Shown here: positions 49,722-60,150 of the stretch, piece after piece | How positions within the stretch are numbered: the first letter of the stretch is position 1 | Layout of the letters: the number at the start of each line of letters is the position of its first letter | DNA from: Candidatus Poribacteria bacterium | GTDB lineage: Bacteria; Poribacteria; WGA-4E; PCPOR2b | Direction of reading: 5' to 3' | Assembly: GCA_965208675.1 (NCBI GenBank) | Contig: OZ242351.1 | Span: forward strand, 4,256,001-4,320,000 | DNA: 64,000 nt | Program-made: the position numbers and the translations under genes | The notes under the pieces: generated by a model | Told to the model about the DNA's origin: nothing | The model's database searches: none | Seen by the model: only the letters and a program-made list of their open reading frames with translations

Positions 49722-51563
49722 ATGAAAATCCGTATTGAAAATCAAATCTTTGATATAGACGAAAACACATTTTCGGAATGGTTGGGGGCAAGGCGTATCC
49801 CCCCGGATGCGTCCATACTTGTCAACGATCAGTGGCTGGTGGTCGGCGAATTGGAAGGTTATCAGCAGTCAGGCGAGGCTGAAAATCAACCGGACACTAG
49901 GGGCGCGCAGGGCGAAGTGTCTGAAATGGATTCGCCCGCGGAGAAGGGATTTTTCGCCTCTCGGCGGAATCGTGCGACCGTTACGTTGGCCCTAATTGCT
50001 GTAAACACCATCGTTTTCCTGTTGTTAGATTGGGAGGGGATCAGAGGTTCAAGGAATGCATTGACCCTGATTCAGTTTGGCGCATATTCTCACCGCTTGG
50101 TTGTTTACGACGGTGAATATTGGCGTCTCATTACGCATACCTTTTTGCATGGCGGCAGCCTCCATCTTCTCCTAAACATGGGTGTGCTCTTCATAGTTGG
50201 CAGTTTGCTTGAAAGACTGTATGGCGGCTCGCGATTTTTAATTCTCTATCTGATTTCGGCGATTGGCGGCAGTCTCGCAACGTTGTATTTTGTCAGGGAT
50301 GCTCCCAGCGTGGGCGCTTCGGGCGCAATCTTTGGACTGATGGGTGCTCTTGTTGCGCTTGGGCTGCGGCATAAAGATCAATTGCCGCGCCGGCGAAATC
50401 AGGTCTTCGCCTTGGGACTTCTTCCGTTTATTGCATTCGATATTTTTCTGGGATTTGTCATTCCGCACATCAACAACGCTGCTCACATCGGGGGATTGGC
50501 GGTCGGATTCACGGCGGGCTTAATATTAACGCCCGGAATCAACACCAATCGTGAACGTAATCCCAAGGCGATTCAAGCACTTGCGTCCGGGTTGACAGGC
50601 ATGGTCCTCGCATGCAGCGCGTTAGCAATCTGGCACTTTTTTGCCGACTCTGAACAGACGATTGAGAGACGGATGAATACCGCTTTCCCACGGTTGACTG
50701 TAGAGAGCCTTCCCGATTATATCCGGCAATATGAGAAGGTGATTCGCCAAAAGCGTTACAATCCTGAAGAATACAAAGTTCTTGAAGGACTGTATTGGTG
50801 GGCGCATGAGAATTCGCCTGAAGATACTTCATGGACAAAAAAACTCATGCAATTCTACGAACAGTCGCTTCTTGCCGATCCCAATAAAACTGAGTGGAAT
50901 AGGAATCTGCGTGCATTTTATGCGAAGACAACTCTTGAAGACAATAATGAGATGGAGGAGCTTAAGGGTTATATCGAGTTGTGTGAAAAAGTTGCAGGGC
51001 GGCATGGATATCATTTAAGGCTTTATGAGAATCTAGAGTATTTCTACATGCGCGCTAGGCACTTAGTGCCTGAAGAAAAGTCTTCTACTTGGAATCGCAA
51101 GCTTGAAAAGCTGTATGACAAAGCCATCGGCAAAGATTCTGATAATGCTATGTGGAATAATAACCTAGCGTGGTTTTACGTTGAACGACAGGTGATGACG
51201 CAAAGCGCTGTTAAATTCGCGCGGCAAGCTGTTATGCAAGCCCCGAAAAACACCGTATTTCTGGATACCTTAGCCTGGGCATATTTGCGGAACTCGGAGC
51301 ACGATAGAGCGTTAAAGGCGTTCGAACAAGTTTTCTCAATCGCACCGGAAACCGAAGATGACCAGCACGCTCAGGAAAGTAGCTGGAAGGGTTTGACGGA
51401 ATTAGTTCAGTCAAAAATCCAGGCCGAAAAATCGCAAGAATTCAATCGGTTATTCCTAAATTTTTATAAACGTCTGTCTCGCCAACTTGAAGCTGAAACC
51501 GATGCTCAAGCAAAACTCGAAGCAGTATTCAATCTATTCCAAACTCATCAGATAGAAAGCTAA
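49722..51563 (+). CDS. Rhomboid intramembrane serine protease with N-terminal GYF-like and C-terminal TPR domains
   Basis: YWRLITHTFLHG..HLLLN, catalytic GASG and AHIGG; NNLAW..DTLAWAY TPR pattern. Confidence 0.88.
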   Translation: MKIRIENQIFDIDENTFSEWLGARRIPPDASILVNDQWLVVGELEGYQQSGEAENQPDTRGAQGEVSEMDSPAEKGFFASRRNRATVTLALIAVNTIVFLLLDWEGIRGSRNALTLIQFGAYSHRLVVYDGEYWRLITHTFLHGGSLHLLLNMGVLFIVGSLLERLYGGSRFLILYLISAIGGSLATLYFVRDAPSVGASGAIFGLMGALVALGLRHKDQLPRRRNQVFALGLLPFIAFDIFLGFVIPHINNAAHIGGLAVGFTAGLILTPGINTNRERNPKAIQALASGLTGMVLACSALAIWHFFADSEQTIERRMNTAFPRLTVESLPDYIRQYEKVIRQKRYNPEEYKVLEGLYWWAHENSPEDTSWTKKLMQFYEQSLLADPNKTEWNRNLRAFYAKTTLEDNNEMEELKGYIELCEKVAGRHGYHLRLYENLEYFYMRARHLVPEEKSSTWNRKLEKLYDKAIGKDSDNAMWNNNLAWFYVERQVMTQSAVKFARQAVMQAPKNTVFLDTLAWAYLRNSEHDRALKAFEQVFSIAPETEDDQHAQESSWKGLTELVQSKIQAEKSQEFNRLFLNFYKRLSRQLEAETDAQAKLEAVFNLFQTHQIES

Positions 51564-51623
51564 TAACACTGGAAACAGGAACGTGGTATAATCAATTTTT
51601 GTGTTTCGTCCGCGGGATTTAAG

Positions 51624-53951
51624 ATGGTGCAGAAAACGACACGAGCAATTTTCAGTGCGGTTTTAATTTTGCAACTCATTGTTGCGATTGCCCTTCCCCA
51701 GGCGTTCGCGCAAGCTAGCGAAGAGAAGCCGTTTTGGGAGAGATGGAGCACATTTGTCCTCCCGATTGCGTTGCTATTCTTATTTGCCACGATAAACTAC
51801 GCTTTTGACCTGTTCAGAAAAGACAAAATCTTAAAGAAGCTGCTGAAAAAGTACGTCGTTTTTGAGATGAATGACGGAAAGCGTTATCGTGGAACGATGC
51901 GTCTCGAACAAAACGGGATTGAAATCATATCCGAAGAATCGCGGCAGCGTGGACATGCACCGAGCTACATTTTCCGTGGTCCGGAGAGAGAGGGGATTGT
52001 CGCGTACATTCGCTATCTCGATTCGATGAACGGGCGGGAATTACTAGAGCGGGATTGGGATTTCGATCGTATTTACCACCCTCGCTTTGCAACACGCCTC
52101 CAGCGAAAAATCCGAAACCTCGGCGTCGCCCTTAGGTCCTCCATTAACAAAACAGTGGAGATGATTTGGGGACAGATTAAAAAAACCACAGCTTTCAAAC
52201 CCGTTACTCAAGCGCCGCAACAGGGAGGAGTGAGTGCAGAAGGCGACATCGAGGAGATACGAAAAGAACTGTGGGAATATGCAATGGAGGAGAGGTACGA
52301 ACGGCTCATCGAACGGCTCGTCGGGACGCGAGTCAAGGTGGAGACCGCTAAGAAAGATTATTACACGGCTGTGTTGAAAGAATATACCGACAAACATATC
52401 TACCTAATGGATGTCAAGTGTTCGGCCGTAGAGCCGCCGGCCAATGACGTAGGATATAAATTGGGTGGGGGCTACAAGGATGAATGGGATGTCACCTTGG
52501 ACATTAAAAATGGCAAGATTAATAAAAGAGACGAGCGCGGTCTTCGAACTAAGATTGAGGGCGACGACCTGGTTTTGGAAAATAATGCACCGTATGAAAT
52601 ACAGCTTTGGGGACTTAGATATGAAAAACCCGATTCTAAGGAATCGGATGCCCATGACTGGAAATGGGGGTATACCATTCCGCCGTTCAGCGTGCAGCGA
52701 ATCCATCTGCAGCCAAATCCGAAGCATCATAATGTAGGCCCGTTTCAACGAGTTGTGGTTCAGGAACCACGAACATACAGATACTTTCACGAACTCAAAC
52801 TCAAGTTCAGATCGTTTCGAGATGCGGATATTGTTTTTACGCGAGCATGTAAAATAATAGAAAGCGCGGAGAAATATGAGCGTGAGTCGCTTGACCTCGT
52901 TGGGTTGACAACCGCGCTGCTTGCATCCGAGAAGGTGGAGGATGTTGCGATTACGGATGAATCCGGCGAATCCATTCACGGCTTAAACGTCATTCACGGT
53001 TATATCACGAACATCAACGAAGATAGAATCGATGTCAAAGAAATCGATCAGTGTTACGACAGGCGGTGGTCCGTGGAGAGCGCGTTTGGGCGGTTTGATG
53101 ATAAGTTAAGGAAGGTGGGGCCTCCTCATGTAAAAATTTTACCGCCCTATCGCTCACGAATGGCAGCGCAGTCGCTGCTTGTAGAGGAATTGGGCGAGAG
53201 TAGAGGCAGGCGCGAAATCCTGTCCCCCTTTCTTTTTACGCCCGTTGCGTCTCGTAGGAAACGGTACACGAAGCCCGAGCTTCCCTTAAAAGTGATGGCA
53301 TTGACAGGTAACGTCACGCAAGCGGAATTCCCCGCTCTACAGCAGCTTGAGCATGTCAACAAACATCATATCATCTATGAACCGGTGACAGACCTACGTA
53401 CCGCCTACATGGCAAAAGCGCATATCCTTTGGATTGGACATGGGGAAATCTACAAAGAGGGATACCGTCTCAGTATTGATGCCGAACACCGAATCAAAAA
53501 TTTTGTCGGCAGAGGCGGCATTGCCATTGTATCCGGTCAGGATATAAGCAATATGCAGCGCCGTAGACAAAGCGTTGGTTGGGTACCGGAGCCGTTGATT
53601 GGTGTTGAATACGATGAAACGCAGGAATTTACGCCAACGCGCGCCGGCAAACGGGGGAAAATCTTCCACCATCCCTACAGGATTAAGTCCGGTGAGATAA
53701 AATTGGACGACATGTGGATAGACCAACTAAATAAATACACGTCCCTTGCTAAAGCGAATGGCGGCGATGAAGATGCTATACTCCTTCTACCGTTTCAGTC
53801 GGGAATGTACATTGTAACCAGCTTGAAAAACGAAACCGAAACGGACGTGCAAATCAATCAAGCCATGATGGCGAATCTGCTGCATTTCTCTGTGAGGTTT
53901 ATTGAGAAACAAAAACACTCTCACCTGTATTACGTGGCTCACGGCGCATGA
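51624..53951 (+). CDS. Hypothetical membrane-anchored multidomain protein
   Basis: 775-aa ORF with N-terminal hydrophobic helices, two Sm-like beta segments and a C-terminal GATase-like alpha/beta region (IKNFVGRGGIAIVSGQ). Confidence 0.6.
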   Translation: MVQKTTRAIFSAVLILQLIVAIALPQAFAQASEEKPFWERWSTFVLPIALLFLFATINYAFDLFRKDKILKKLLKKYVVFEMNDGKRYRGTMRLEQNGIEIISEESRQRGHAPSYIFRGPEREGIVAYIRYLDSMNGRELLERDWDFDRIYHPRFATRLQRKIRNLGVALRSSINKTVEMIWGQIKKTTAFKPVTQAPQQGGVSAEGDIEEIRKELWEYAMEERYERLIERLVGTRVKVETAKKDYYTAVLKEYTDKHIYLMDVKCSAVEPPANDVGYKLGGGYKDEWDVTLDIKNGKINKRDERGLRTKIEGDDLVLENNAPYEIQLWGLRYEKPDSKESDAHDWKWGYTIPPFSVQRIHLQPNPKHHNVGPFQRVVVQEPRTYRYFHELKLKFRSFRDADIVFTRACKIIESAEKYERESLDLVGLTTALLASEKVEDVAITDESGESIHGLNVIHGYITNINEDRIDVKEIDQCYDRRWSVESAFGRFDDKLRKVGPPHVKILPPYRSRMAAQSLLVEELGESRGRREILSPFLFTPVASRRKRYTKPELPLKVMALTGNVTQAEFPALQQLEHVNKHHIIYEPVTDLRTAYMAKAHILWIGHGEIYKEGYRLSIDAEHRIKNFVGRGGIAIVSGQDISNMQRRRQSVGWVPEPLIGVEYDETQEFTPTRAGKRGKIFHHPYRIKSGEIKLDDMWIDQLNKYTSLAKANGGDEDAILLLPFQSGMYIVTSLKNETETDVQINQAMMANLLHFSVRFIEKQKHSHLYYVAHGA

Positions 53952-53981
53952 ACTGCAATAAACTGGCGATTTCTCGATTTC

Positions 53982-56900
53982 CTACTGATACTGCTGTGCT
54001 TGCAATACCCTCAACAACCTCTCAAGCTCTTTAAATTCTTGAGCGGCTTCCGTGAGTTTTCCCTCTCCGGTTAACTTCAGGTACTGATCGAACTTTTCAT
54101 TGGCTAACCGAATCACGTCTGCCAAAGTCGGCAGTTCGCCTGCAGTCCCCTCCACGTTCTCCGCCGCGGGCTCAACACCGATACCGATACCGAAAATCTC
54201 CTGCAGCGCCTTATCGAATCTGTCAGCGTACGCAAACTGATCGCCAGCTTTTACAACGACCGTCTTTAATTGCGCGCGATTGCTGTCTTTGGGCTTGAGA
54301 TAGATGGGCTCGACATAAAATAGCGTATCTTCCACGGGTATTACAAGCAAATTGCCGCGAATTACCTGAGCGCCTTTTTCATCTGATTGCCTGAACCAAA
54401 CCTCGTTTGCGAGCGCATTTTCAATGTCTTCTTCGACCTGCCTAGGCCCGTCGACAGTTGCCTCCGTCGGCAGCCGATAGATGACCAACTGACCGTATGC
54501 CGCCCCGTCGCTGCGCGCGACAAGCCATGCGTTCATGAGCTTGACCCGTTTCGGCGGAGTAAAGGGCACCATGTTCACGAATTCCGGTTTCTTTTCGCCC
54601 GGCAATTTAAACGTCGCATAATACGGCACCATCCTTTGTTTTTCCGTATAGTATGTTTCGTCCGGAATGTTCCACCGGTCAGAACCGTGGAAAAATGTGT
54701 GCGCGTCCGCTACATGATAGTCGGTATACACTTCCGCTTGCGTGCGGGTGAGATAGTCCGGGTATCGAAGGTGGTTCTGCAAACCCGCCGGGATTAGATG
54801 TTTGGGTTGAAAAAGATTCGGGAAAGCGCTCTGATAAGCAGCCGTAATGGGCTCTTCATCCTTGGTTAGGTAAAAATTAACCTCCCCGCTATACGCATTG
54901 ACAATCGCAACGGCAGGGTTTCGAATGTAGTTAAAGCGGTCAAACGCGGGTTCAGAATAGAGCGGCGGATTTTCAACGAGCTTTGTCGTATCGACATAAA
55001 CTTTCGCGTTCGGGTAGTTCCGGCTGGTGACGTAGATGTCGACCATCCACCAGAGTTGTCCATCATCGCCGATGACGATATAGGGGTCCGGATCGAATTT
55101 CAGAAATGGAGCAATGTGTGAGAGGCGATCTGAAATCGTCGCGGCAGTGATAGGGTCATGCGTTCCAATTTTTCGCCAAAATAGCATTCTGCTTTCGGGC
55201 GTAAGGCTTTTGGATAACATTATACGCCAGAAGTCGAAACGCGTCGCAAAACAGAGCCGCCTGAACCAACCGCCAATTTCAACGCCGCTTTCTCCGCTGA
55301 ATCCCTCGCCTTCAGGATCTATCTCCTTCTGCTTGTAAATCTTTAGTTCACCCGCCTCCTTACTGGCGATATATCCCCGCTCATTATCTTTATCAATAAT
55401 TAGCCATTGTTTGCCTTCTTCCTTTATTGAAACAGCGACGTCCTCGGAAAGCGTAGTTTGTTGTGTTTCAAACCTTTGCCGCAGGTCGTTTGAGAGAACC
55501 CCATTGTCTAAGTCAACTTGGAACTTTATTTCGATGTGCGAACTCAATTCGATGCTAAATCGCAACCACTGCTCGCGTTTGAAATTAAACAGCGACCACG
55601 GCTCCTGTTCATAAATTCTCAGTTCCCCCTCCTCTTTGCTGACAACGTACTCCTGTTCATCAGCTTTATCCGTTATTAACCATTTGCGGCCTGTGGCTTT
55701 AATCGAAATCGTGACATTTTCAGACAGCGGCATTTCGCGCGCTTCAAACTCTTGTCTCAGGTCTTGTGAGAGACTGCCATTGTCTAGAGCCGTTAGTATT
55801 TCCGACTCAATTCCAAAAAGCAACTGTTTCTTTGTATTGACGATAATATAATCGTTAGTCAGTTCGCCAAAGTAGATTTGAGGTTTTGCCACGCGGAGTT
55901 GGCTGCCGATTTCCTCAGGGTAGTCCAAAGGAATTCCATGCACCCAGAAGTTAGGATCGCCGCCCTCAATTTTGAATTCATTTACCGGAACAACACAAAC
56001 GCCGTAGCCGTGGGTATAGACCATCTTCCGGCTATCCCAGTATTGGGCTTCGGGCAATTCTTTTGGATCAATATCGATTTCTCTAGCGGCAATCAATACC
56101 TGCCGATACTTCCCATTTATCCAATACCGATCGACATCTGTGTATGGGTGGAATTCGTAATACGGTTTAATGTTTTGTTTGTCTCTTAATACTTCGTAGA
56201 GGACACGCCGATCCCACAACTGGATGTTCTCTCTGATTTCAGGGTTGCGCTGAATCATCTCTACAGTTGCGGCGCCTTGGATGTGGCTGCTCTCTACAAT
56301 CCGTTCTAGCCGAAATGCCTGCCGAGTCGATTCAATATGGCTTTTTAGATAAGACACTTCCGCGGACGCTCGATTCGGGCGAACTTCCGTCCAATGAACA
56401 AAGATTGGGTAGACTTGAATCAACACCAGATAGCTCAAGCCCCAGATTGCTAGGGCGGAATACCACACGAGCCGTTTCCGCCAAAACATGTTAATCAGGA
56501 CAAGGACGCCAATCCCGGCGATGCAGACCATATAAATTTGAGTCGTGCCAATCAACGCCTCGTCAACGTAACCCATCCCGTCGACCCGGCCGAGTCCCCA
56601 AGGTGTTCGACGGGTGTATAGTACATTCCAGATACTAACCTGACTCCGGCATAACGAGACACCGAGTAACGCCAGCCAGAGGGTAGAAACGTGCACGGCA
56701 AACCGCCGTTCAACGCGGACGGTTGCCCTCACGTCCCGCCGGCGGTAGAAATGATACAAGATTGCCACAATCACTATCGTAACCCACAGCAAAATTTTTA
56801 GCCATAGGCTAACCCAGCGATAGACAGGAAAATTAAACAGATAAAAACCGAGTTCTTTTTGGAGCGCATTATGAGAGACAAAGGTGATTACATCAGTCAA

Positions 56901-57392
56901 TCCACGGTTTTCATAACGGATAAAATCATCCCAGAAAAACATCATGGGTATCGCCAGAATACAAGCAACCAAGACAATCGAGATTAGCATGGTCCAGTAG
57001 AATCGCCTTGTTTGGTCGCGAGGCCAACGTGTGCCGTCGCTCGCAATAGGACACAGTTTGTCTCCAATGAAGAGATTCAGCCCCAAAAACCCCACCGCTA
57101 CTAAGGCGAATTTGGCAAAGAGTCCCCATCGCGCTTGCAGAACGCCCCAAAAAATATTGGCATAACCGACGCTCACAAACCAGAGATGTTCTAGGTATAG
57201 GTATACCAGCGCCGGCCAAAGCAGCACGACCGTCAGCAACAATCCCGCTATCCACGTGCCGTAGGCTTTTATCAGCAATCCCGGATTCTGCGTACGCTTG
57301 GCTCGCCTGAACACAAATACACCTGCGGTTAGCGTGCTCAAGCCAATGACCAATCCAATCAAAATTTGGGCAATCGCAATGTCAGCATTCAT
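53982..57392 (-). CDS. UPF0182 family membrane protein with a duplicated inserted module
   Basis: LWFVSVGY, DVDRY, YTHGYG, IYFGE, IAPFLKFDPDPY, NYIRN, HLRYP, IRGNLLVIP, YVEPIYL. Confidence 0.9.
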   Translation of the reverse strand: MNADIAIAQILIGLVIGLSTLTAGVFVFRRAKRTQNPGLLIKAYGTWIAGLLLTVVLLWPALVYLYLEHLWFVSVGYANIFWGVLQARWGLFAKFALVAVGFLGLNLFIGDKLCPIASDGTRWPRDQTRRFYWTMLISIVLVACILAIPMMFFWDDFIRYENRGLTDVITFVSHNALQKELGFYLFNFPVYRWVSLWLKILLWVTIVIVAILYHFYRRRDVRATVRVERRFAVHVSTLWLALLGVSLCRSQVSIWNVLYTRRTPWGLGRVDGMGYVDEALIGTTQIYMVCIAGIGVLVLINMFWRKRLVWYSALAIWGLSYLVLIQVYPIFVHWTEVRPNRASAEVSYLKSHIESTRQAFRLERIVESSHIQGAATVEMIQRNPEIRENIQLWDRRVLYEVLRDKQNIKPYYEFHPYTDVDRYWINGKYRQVLIAAREIDIDPKELPEAQYWDSRKMVYTHGYGVCVVPVNEFKIEGGDPNFWVHGIPLDYPEEIGSQLRVAKPQIYFGELTNDYIIVNTKKQLLFGIESEILTALDNGSLSQDLRQEFEAREMPLSENVTISIKATGRKWLITDKADEQEYVVSKEEGELRIYEQEPWSLFNFKREQWLRFSIELSSHIEIKFQVDLDNGVLSNDLRQRFETQQTTLSEDVAVSIKEEGKQWLIIDKDNERGYIASKEAGELKIYKQKEIDPEGEGFSGESGVEIGGWFRRLCFATRFDFWRIMLSKSLTPESRMLFWRKIGTHDPITAATISDRLSHIAPFLKFDPDPYIVIGDDGQLWWMVDIYVTSRNYPNAKVYVDTTKLVENPPLYSEPAFDRFNYIRNPAVAIVNAYSGEVNFYLTKDEEPITAAYQSAFPNLFQPKHLIPAGLQNHLRYPDYLTRTQAEVYTDYHVADAHTFFHGSDRWNIPDETYYTEKQRMVPYYATFKLPGEKKPEFVNMVPFTPPKRVKLMNAWLVARSDGAAYGQLVIYRLPTEATVDGPRQVEEDIENALANEVWFRQSDEKGAQVIRGNLLVIPVEDTLFYVEPIYLKPKDSNRAQLKTVVVKAGDQFAYADRFDKALQEIFGIGIGVEPAAENVEGTAGELPTLADVIRLANEKFDQYLKLTGEGKLTEAAQEFKELERLLRVLQAQQYQ

Positions 57393-57510
57393 GGTATTTA
57401 AGATTTAAAATTGGGCATTACGCGATTACATCTCCACCCACCAAGCGGCAAAACAAAAACCGTGCGTGTCAATTAAGGTTTTGCTCTTTTTTCGTTTTGC
57501 CTGCCGGCTC

Positions 57511-58899
57511 TTAGACGTAACTCTTGAGTTTATACTGTAAAGAGCGCAGGCTGATTCCCAAGGACTGCGCAGTTAAGGTACGGTTGTTTCCCAATCTTTC
57601 AAGTGTTTTGAGGATTAACTCCTTCTCCATCTCCTTCATTGTCACGTTGACTGAAGGGAAATTCAGTGTATTGTGCGGCGTGCCTTCAACATTTGCGGGA
57701 GATTGAACTTCTTCGGGAAGATGTTTGGGGAGAATCACGTCGCCTTCGGCGAAAAGAACGGCTCTCAAAATGGAATATTCTAATTCCCGTACGTTGCCGG
57801 GCCAATGATACTTTGATAGACAATCCCTTGCTTTTTGACTGATTAACCGTATGGGTTGGTTGTGTGAAATGCTGTGTTTCTTTAGGAAGTATTCGGCTAA
57901 AACCATAATATCGTCACGGCGCTCCCTTAAAGGCGGCAGGTAAATCGGAATGACATTCAGCCGATAATAGAGATCTTGACGAAATGCCGCCTTTTCAACT
58001 GCCAGGCGTAAATCCTTATTGGTCGCGGCAATGATGCGGACATCAACGCTAATGACTTTTTCTCCGCCGAGACGCTCGATTTCGCCTTCTTGTATGGAAC
58101 GTAACAGCTTTGCTTGCAATGAAATGGGAGTATCTCCGACTTCGTCTAGAAAAAGCGTGCTCGCATGTGCACGTTCAAATTTTCCAATTTTTTGGTAAGT
58201 TGCGTCGGTAAATGCACCGCGCTCATGGCCAAAGAGCTCACTTTCGAGAAGATTCTCTGGGATTGCGGTACAGTTTACGACGACCATGTCTTTATCGGTG
58301 CGTGAACTATTTTCGTGAATTGCGTGCGCAACCAATTCTTTTCCAGTGCCACTCTCGCCTTGAATGAACACCGTAGAGTTTGTATCCGCAACCTTCTCAA
58401 TAATCTTCAATACTTCGATAATCTGGGGGCTTTCACCGAGAATTTCTTCGTAGCTGCCGATGAGCTCGTCTCTGACGCTGTGCTCCGTCGCGCGATGATG
58501 GTCCAAGGCTTGATTGACCTTTTGCTGTATGTGTTCCGGTAGGAAAGGTTTCTCTAAAAAATCGTGTGCGCCATGTTTGATGGCTTCTACGGCGCGTTGG
58601 ATTGTTCCATGAGCTGTCAACATAATTACGAGTAAACCCGGATACGCTTTACGAATCTGTTTGAGGGTTTCTGTGCCATTAATACCCGGCATTTGGATGT
58701 CCAACAACACGAGATCTGGCAGTTCCTTCTCAATTAACGCGAGGGCTTCATAACCATCTGAGGCGGTTGCGACAGCAAAGTTGTCCATCTCAAGTCGATC
58801 TTGTAAAATCATTATGGTGTCGGGTTCATCATCGACAATGAGAATTCGCTCTCGTGCTCTCACGCTAGAATCCACGTATATTGCGTCATTTTCAAACAA
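57511..58899 (-). CDS. sigma54-dependent response regulator (NtrC/AtoC family)
   Basis: Receiver domain (ILIVDDE, LLDIQMP), GESGTGKE, ESELFGHERGAFTDA, WPGNVREL, Fis-type HTH. Confidence 0.95.
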   Translation of the reverse strand: MFENDAIYVDSSVRARERILIVDDEPDTIMILQDRLEMDNFAVATASDGYEALALIEKELPDLVLLDIQMPGINGTETLKQIRKAYPGLLVIMLTAHGTIQRAVEAIKHGAHDFLEKPFLPEHIQQKVNQALDHHRATEHSVRDELIGSYEEILGESPQIIEVLKIIEKVADTNSTVFIQGESGTGKELVAHAIHENSSRTDKDMVVVNCTAIPENLLESELFGHERGAFTDATYQKIGKFERAHASTLFLDEVGDTPISLQAKLLRSIQEGEIERLGGEKVISVDVRIIAATNKDLRLAVEKAAFRQDLYYRLNVIPIYLPPLRERRDDIMVLAEYFLKKHSISHNQPIRLISQKARDCLSKYHWPGNVRELEYSILRAVLFAEGDVILPKHLPEEVQSPANVEGTPHNTLNFPSVNVTMKEMEKELILKTLERLGNNRTLTAQSLGISLRSLQYKLKSYV

Positions 58900-59077
58900 A
58901 GAACCAGCCTGCCATTCGTTAAAGAACCGATGTTAATTCTACCAGAAACGGCAAGGAGCATCAATATAAAGATTGGGTCACTAAAAGCGGCGCGTTAGTA
59001 TTTGCTTTTTGCTAGATTGCGGAGATTGGATTGTGCTATGATTAAACTGCGTTCAATTGACTATTGGAGTTAGCAAA

Positions 59078-60142
59078 ATGGAGCCTGATTGCCGTCTTCC
59101 CGACATCCGCAAAATCTTAATTATTCGCAACGATGGCATTGGGGATCTACTAAATTCTACGCCCGCAATCTCACTTTTGCGCCAAAATTATCCGGGTGCG
59201 GAAATTACCGTACTTGTCCAATCGACAACCGCCCCAATATTGATTGGCAATACTGATGTGGACCGTGTTTTGATATTAGATCGGCGGGGCGCCCATCGAC
59301 GGTTGATAAATCGGCTGAAGTTCTATCTCGGTTTGCGGCAAACAAAATACAATCTCGTTGTAGCAATGCGGACGGCGTCGTGGTCCAATTTTGTGGCGTT
59401 TCTATCAGGAGCAAAGTATCGGCTGGGACGACATCAGAAACGGTTCAAGAGCACGTTGACGCACGTATGGCGTGCACAATACCAGAAAGGACACGTCCAC
59501 GAAATCGATCGAAATTTCGACCTGGTTGGGCTAATTTGCAATGGTACGGGCGACCAGCGGCTTGTCCTGAATGTTCTGGATGAGGAGATTGCCTACGCGA
59601 AGAGGAAATTAGCAAGTTGGGGGGTCTCTACCAACGATTATTTGCTCGGTATCCACCCCGGCGCAAGTTCGTTCGATAAACGTTGGCCAGAAGAGAATTA
59701 TGCCGGGATTGCAGATGCGCTTGTACGCGAACGTGGGGCGAAGGTTTTGATTCTCCGAGGCCCTACGGAATCCGCATTGGCACGGAATATTCAAAATGCT
59801 ATGCAGGCCGATTCTATTACCTATGCTCCCCAATCAATTCGCGAGCTTGGTGCGCTGATCCGATGCTGTAATCTAGTTGTGTGTAATGACTCTGGTCCCA
59901 TGCATATTGCTGCGGCGCTGGATGTGCCGACTGTTGCGGTTTTTGGTCCCACGGATCACGTTGTTTGGAAGCCGCACTCCAAAAACGCGGCGGTTGTTAG
60001 GCGTGACATGCCGTGTTGGCCGTGCAGCGCGCATAAGTGCAAAATCGGATGGGAATGCACCAAGAAACTGCCTGTTGAAATGGTGTTGGAAATGGTCAGG
60101 GCACCCACCAAATCATTCCACGCTCCGCTGCGGAATCCTTGA
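59078..60142 (+). CDS. GT9 family (LPS heptosyltransferase-like) glycosyltransferase
   Basis: KILIIRNDGIGD, HPGAS..KRWP, NDSGPMHIAAA, FGPT. Confidence 0.9.
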   Translation: MEPDCRLPDIRKILIIRNDGIGDLLNSTPAISLLRQNYPGAEITVLVQSTTAPILIGNTDVDRVLILDRRGAHRRLINRLKFYLGLRQTKYNLVVAMRTASWSNFVAFLSGAKYRLGRHQKRFKSTLTHVWRAQYQKGHVHEIDRNFDLVGLICNGTGDQRLVLNVLDEEIAYAKRKLASWGVSTNDYLLGIHPGASSFDKRWPEENYAGIADALVRERGAKVLILRGPTESALARNIQNAMQADSITYAPQSIRELGALIRCCNLVVCNDSGPMHIAAALDVPTVAVFGPTDHVVWKPHSKNAAVVRRDMPCWPCSAHKCKIGWECTKKLPVEMVLEMVRAPTKSFHAPLRNP

Positions 60143-60150
60143 GGTAAACA

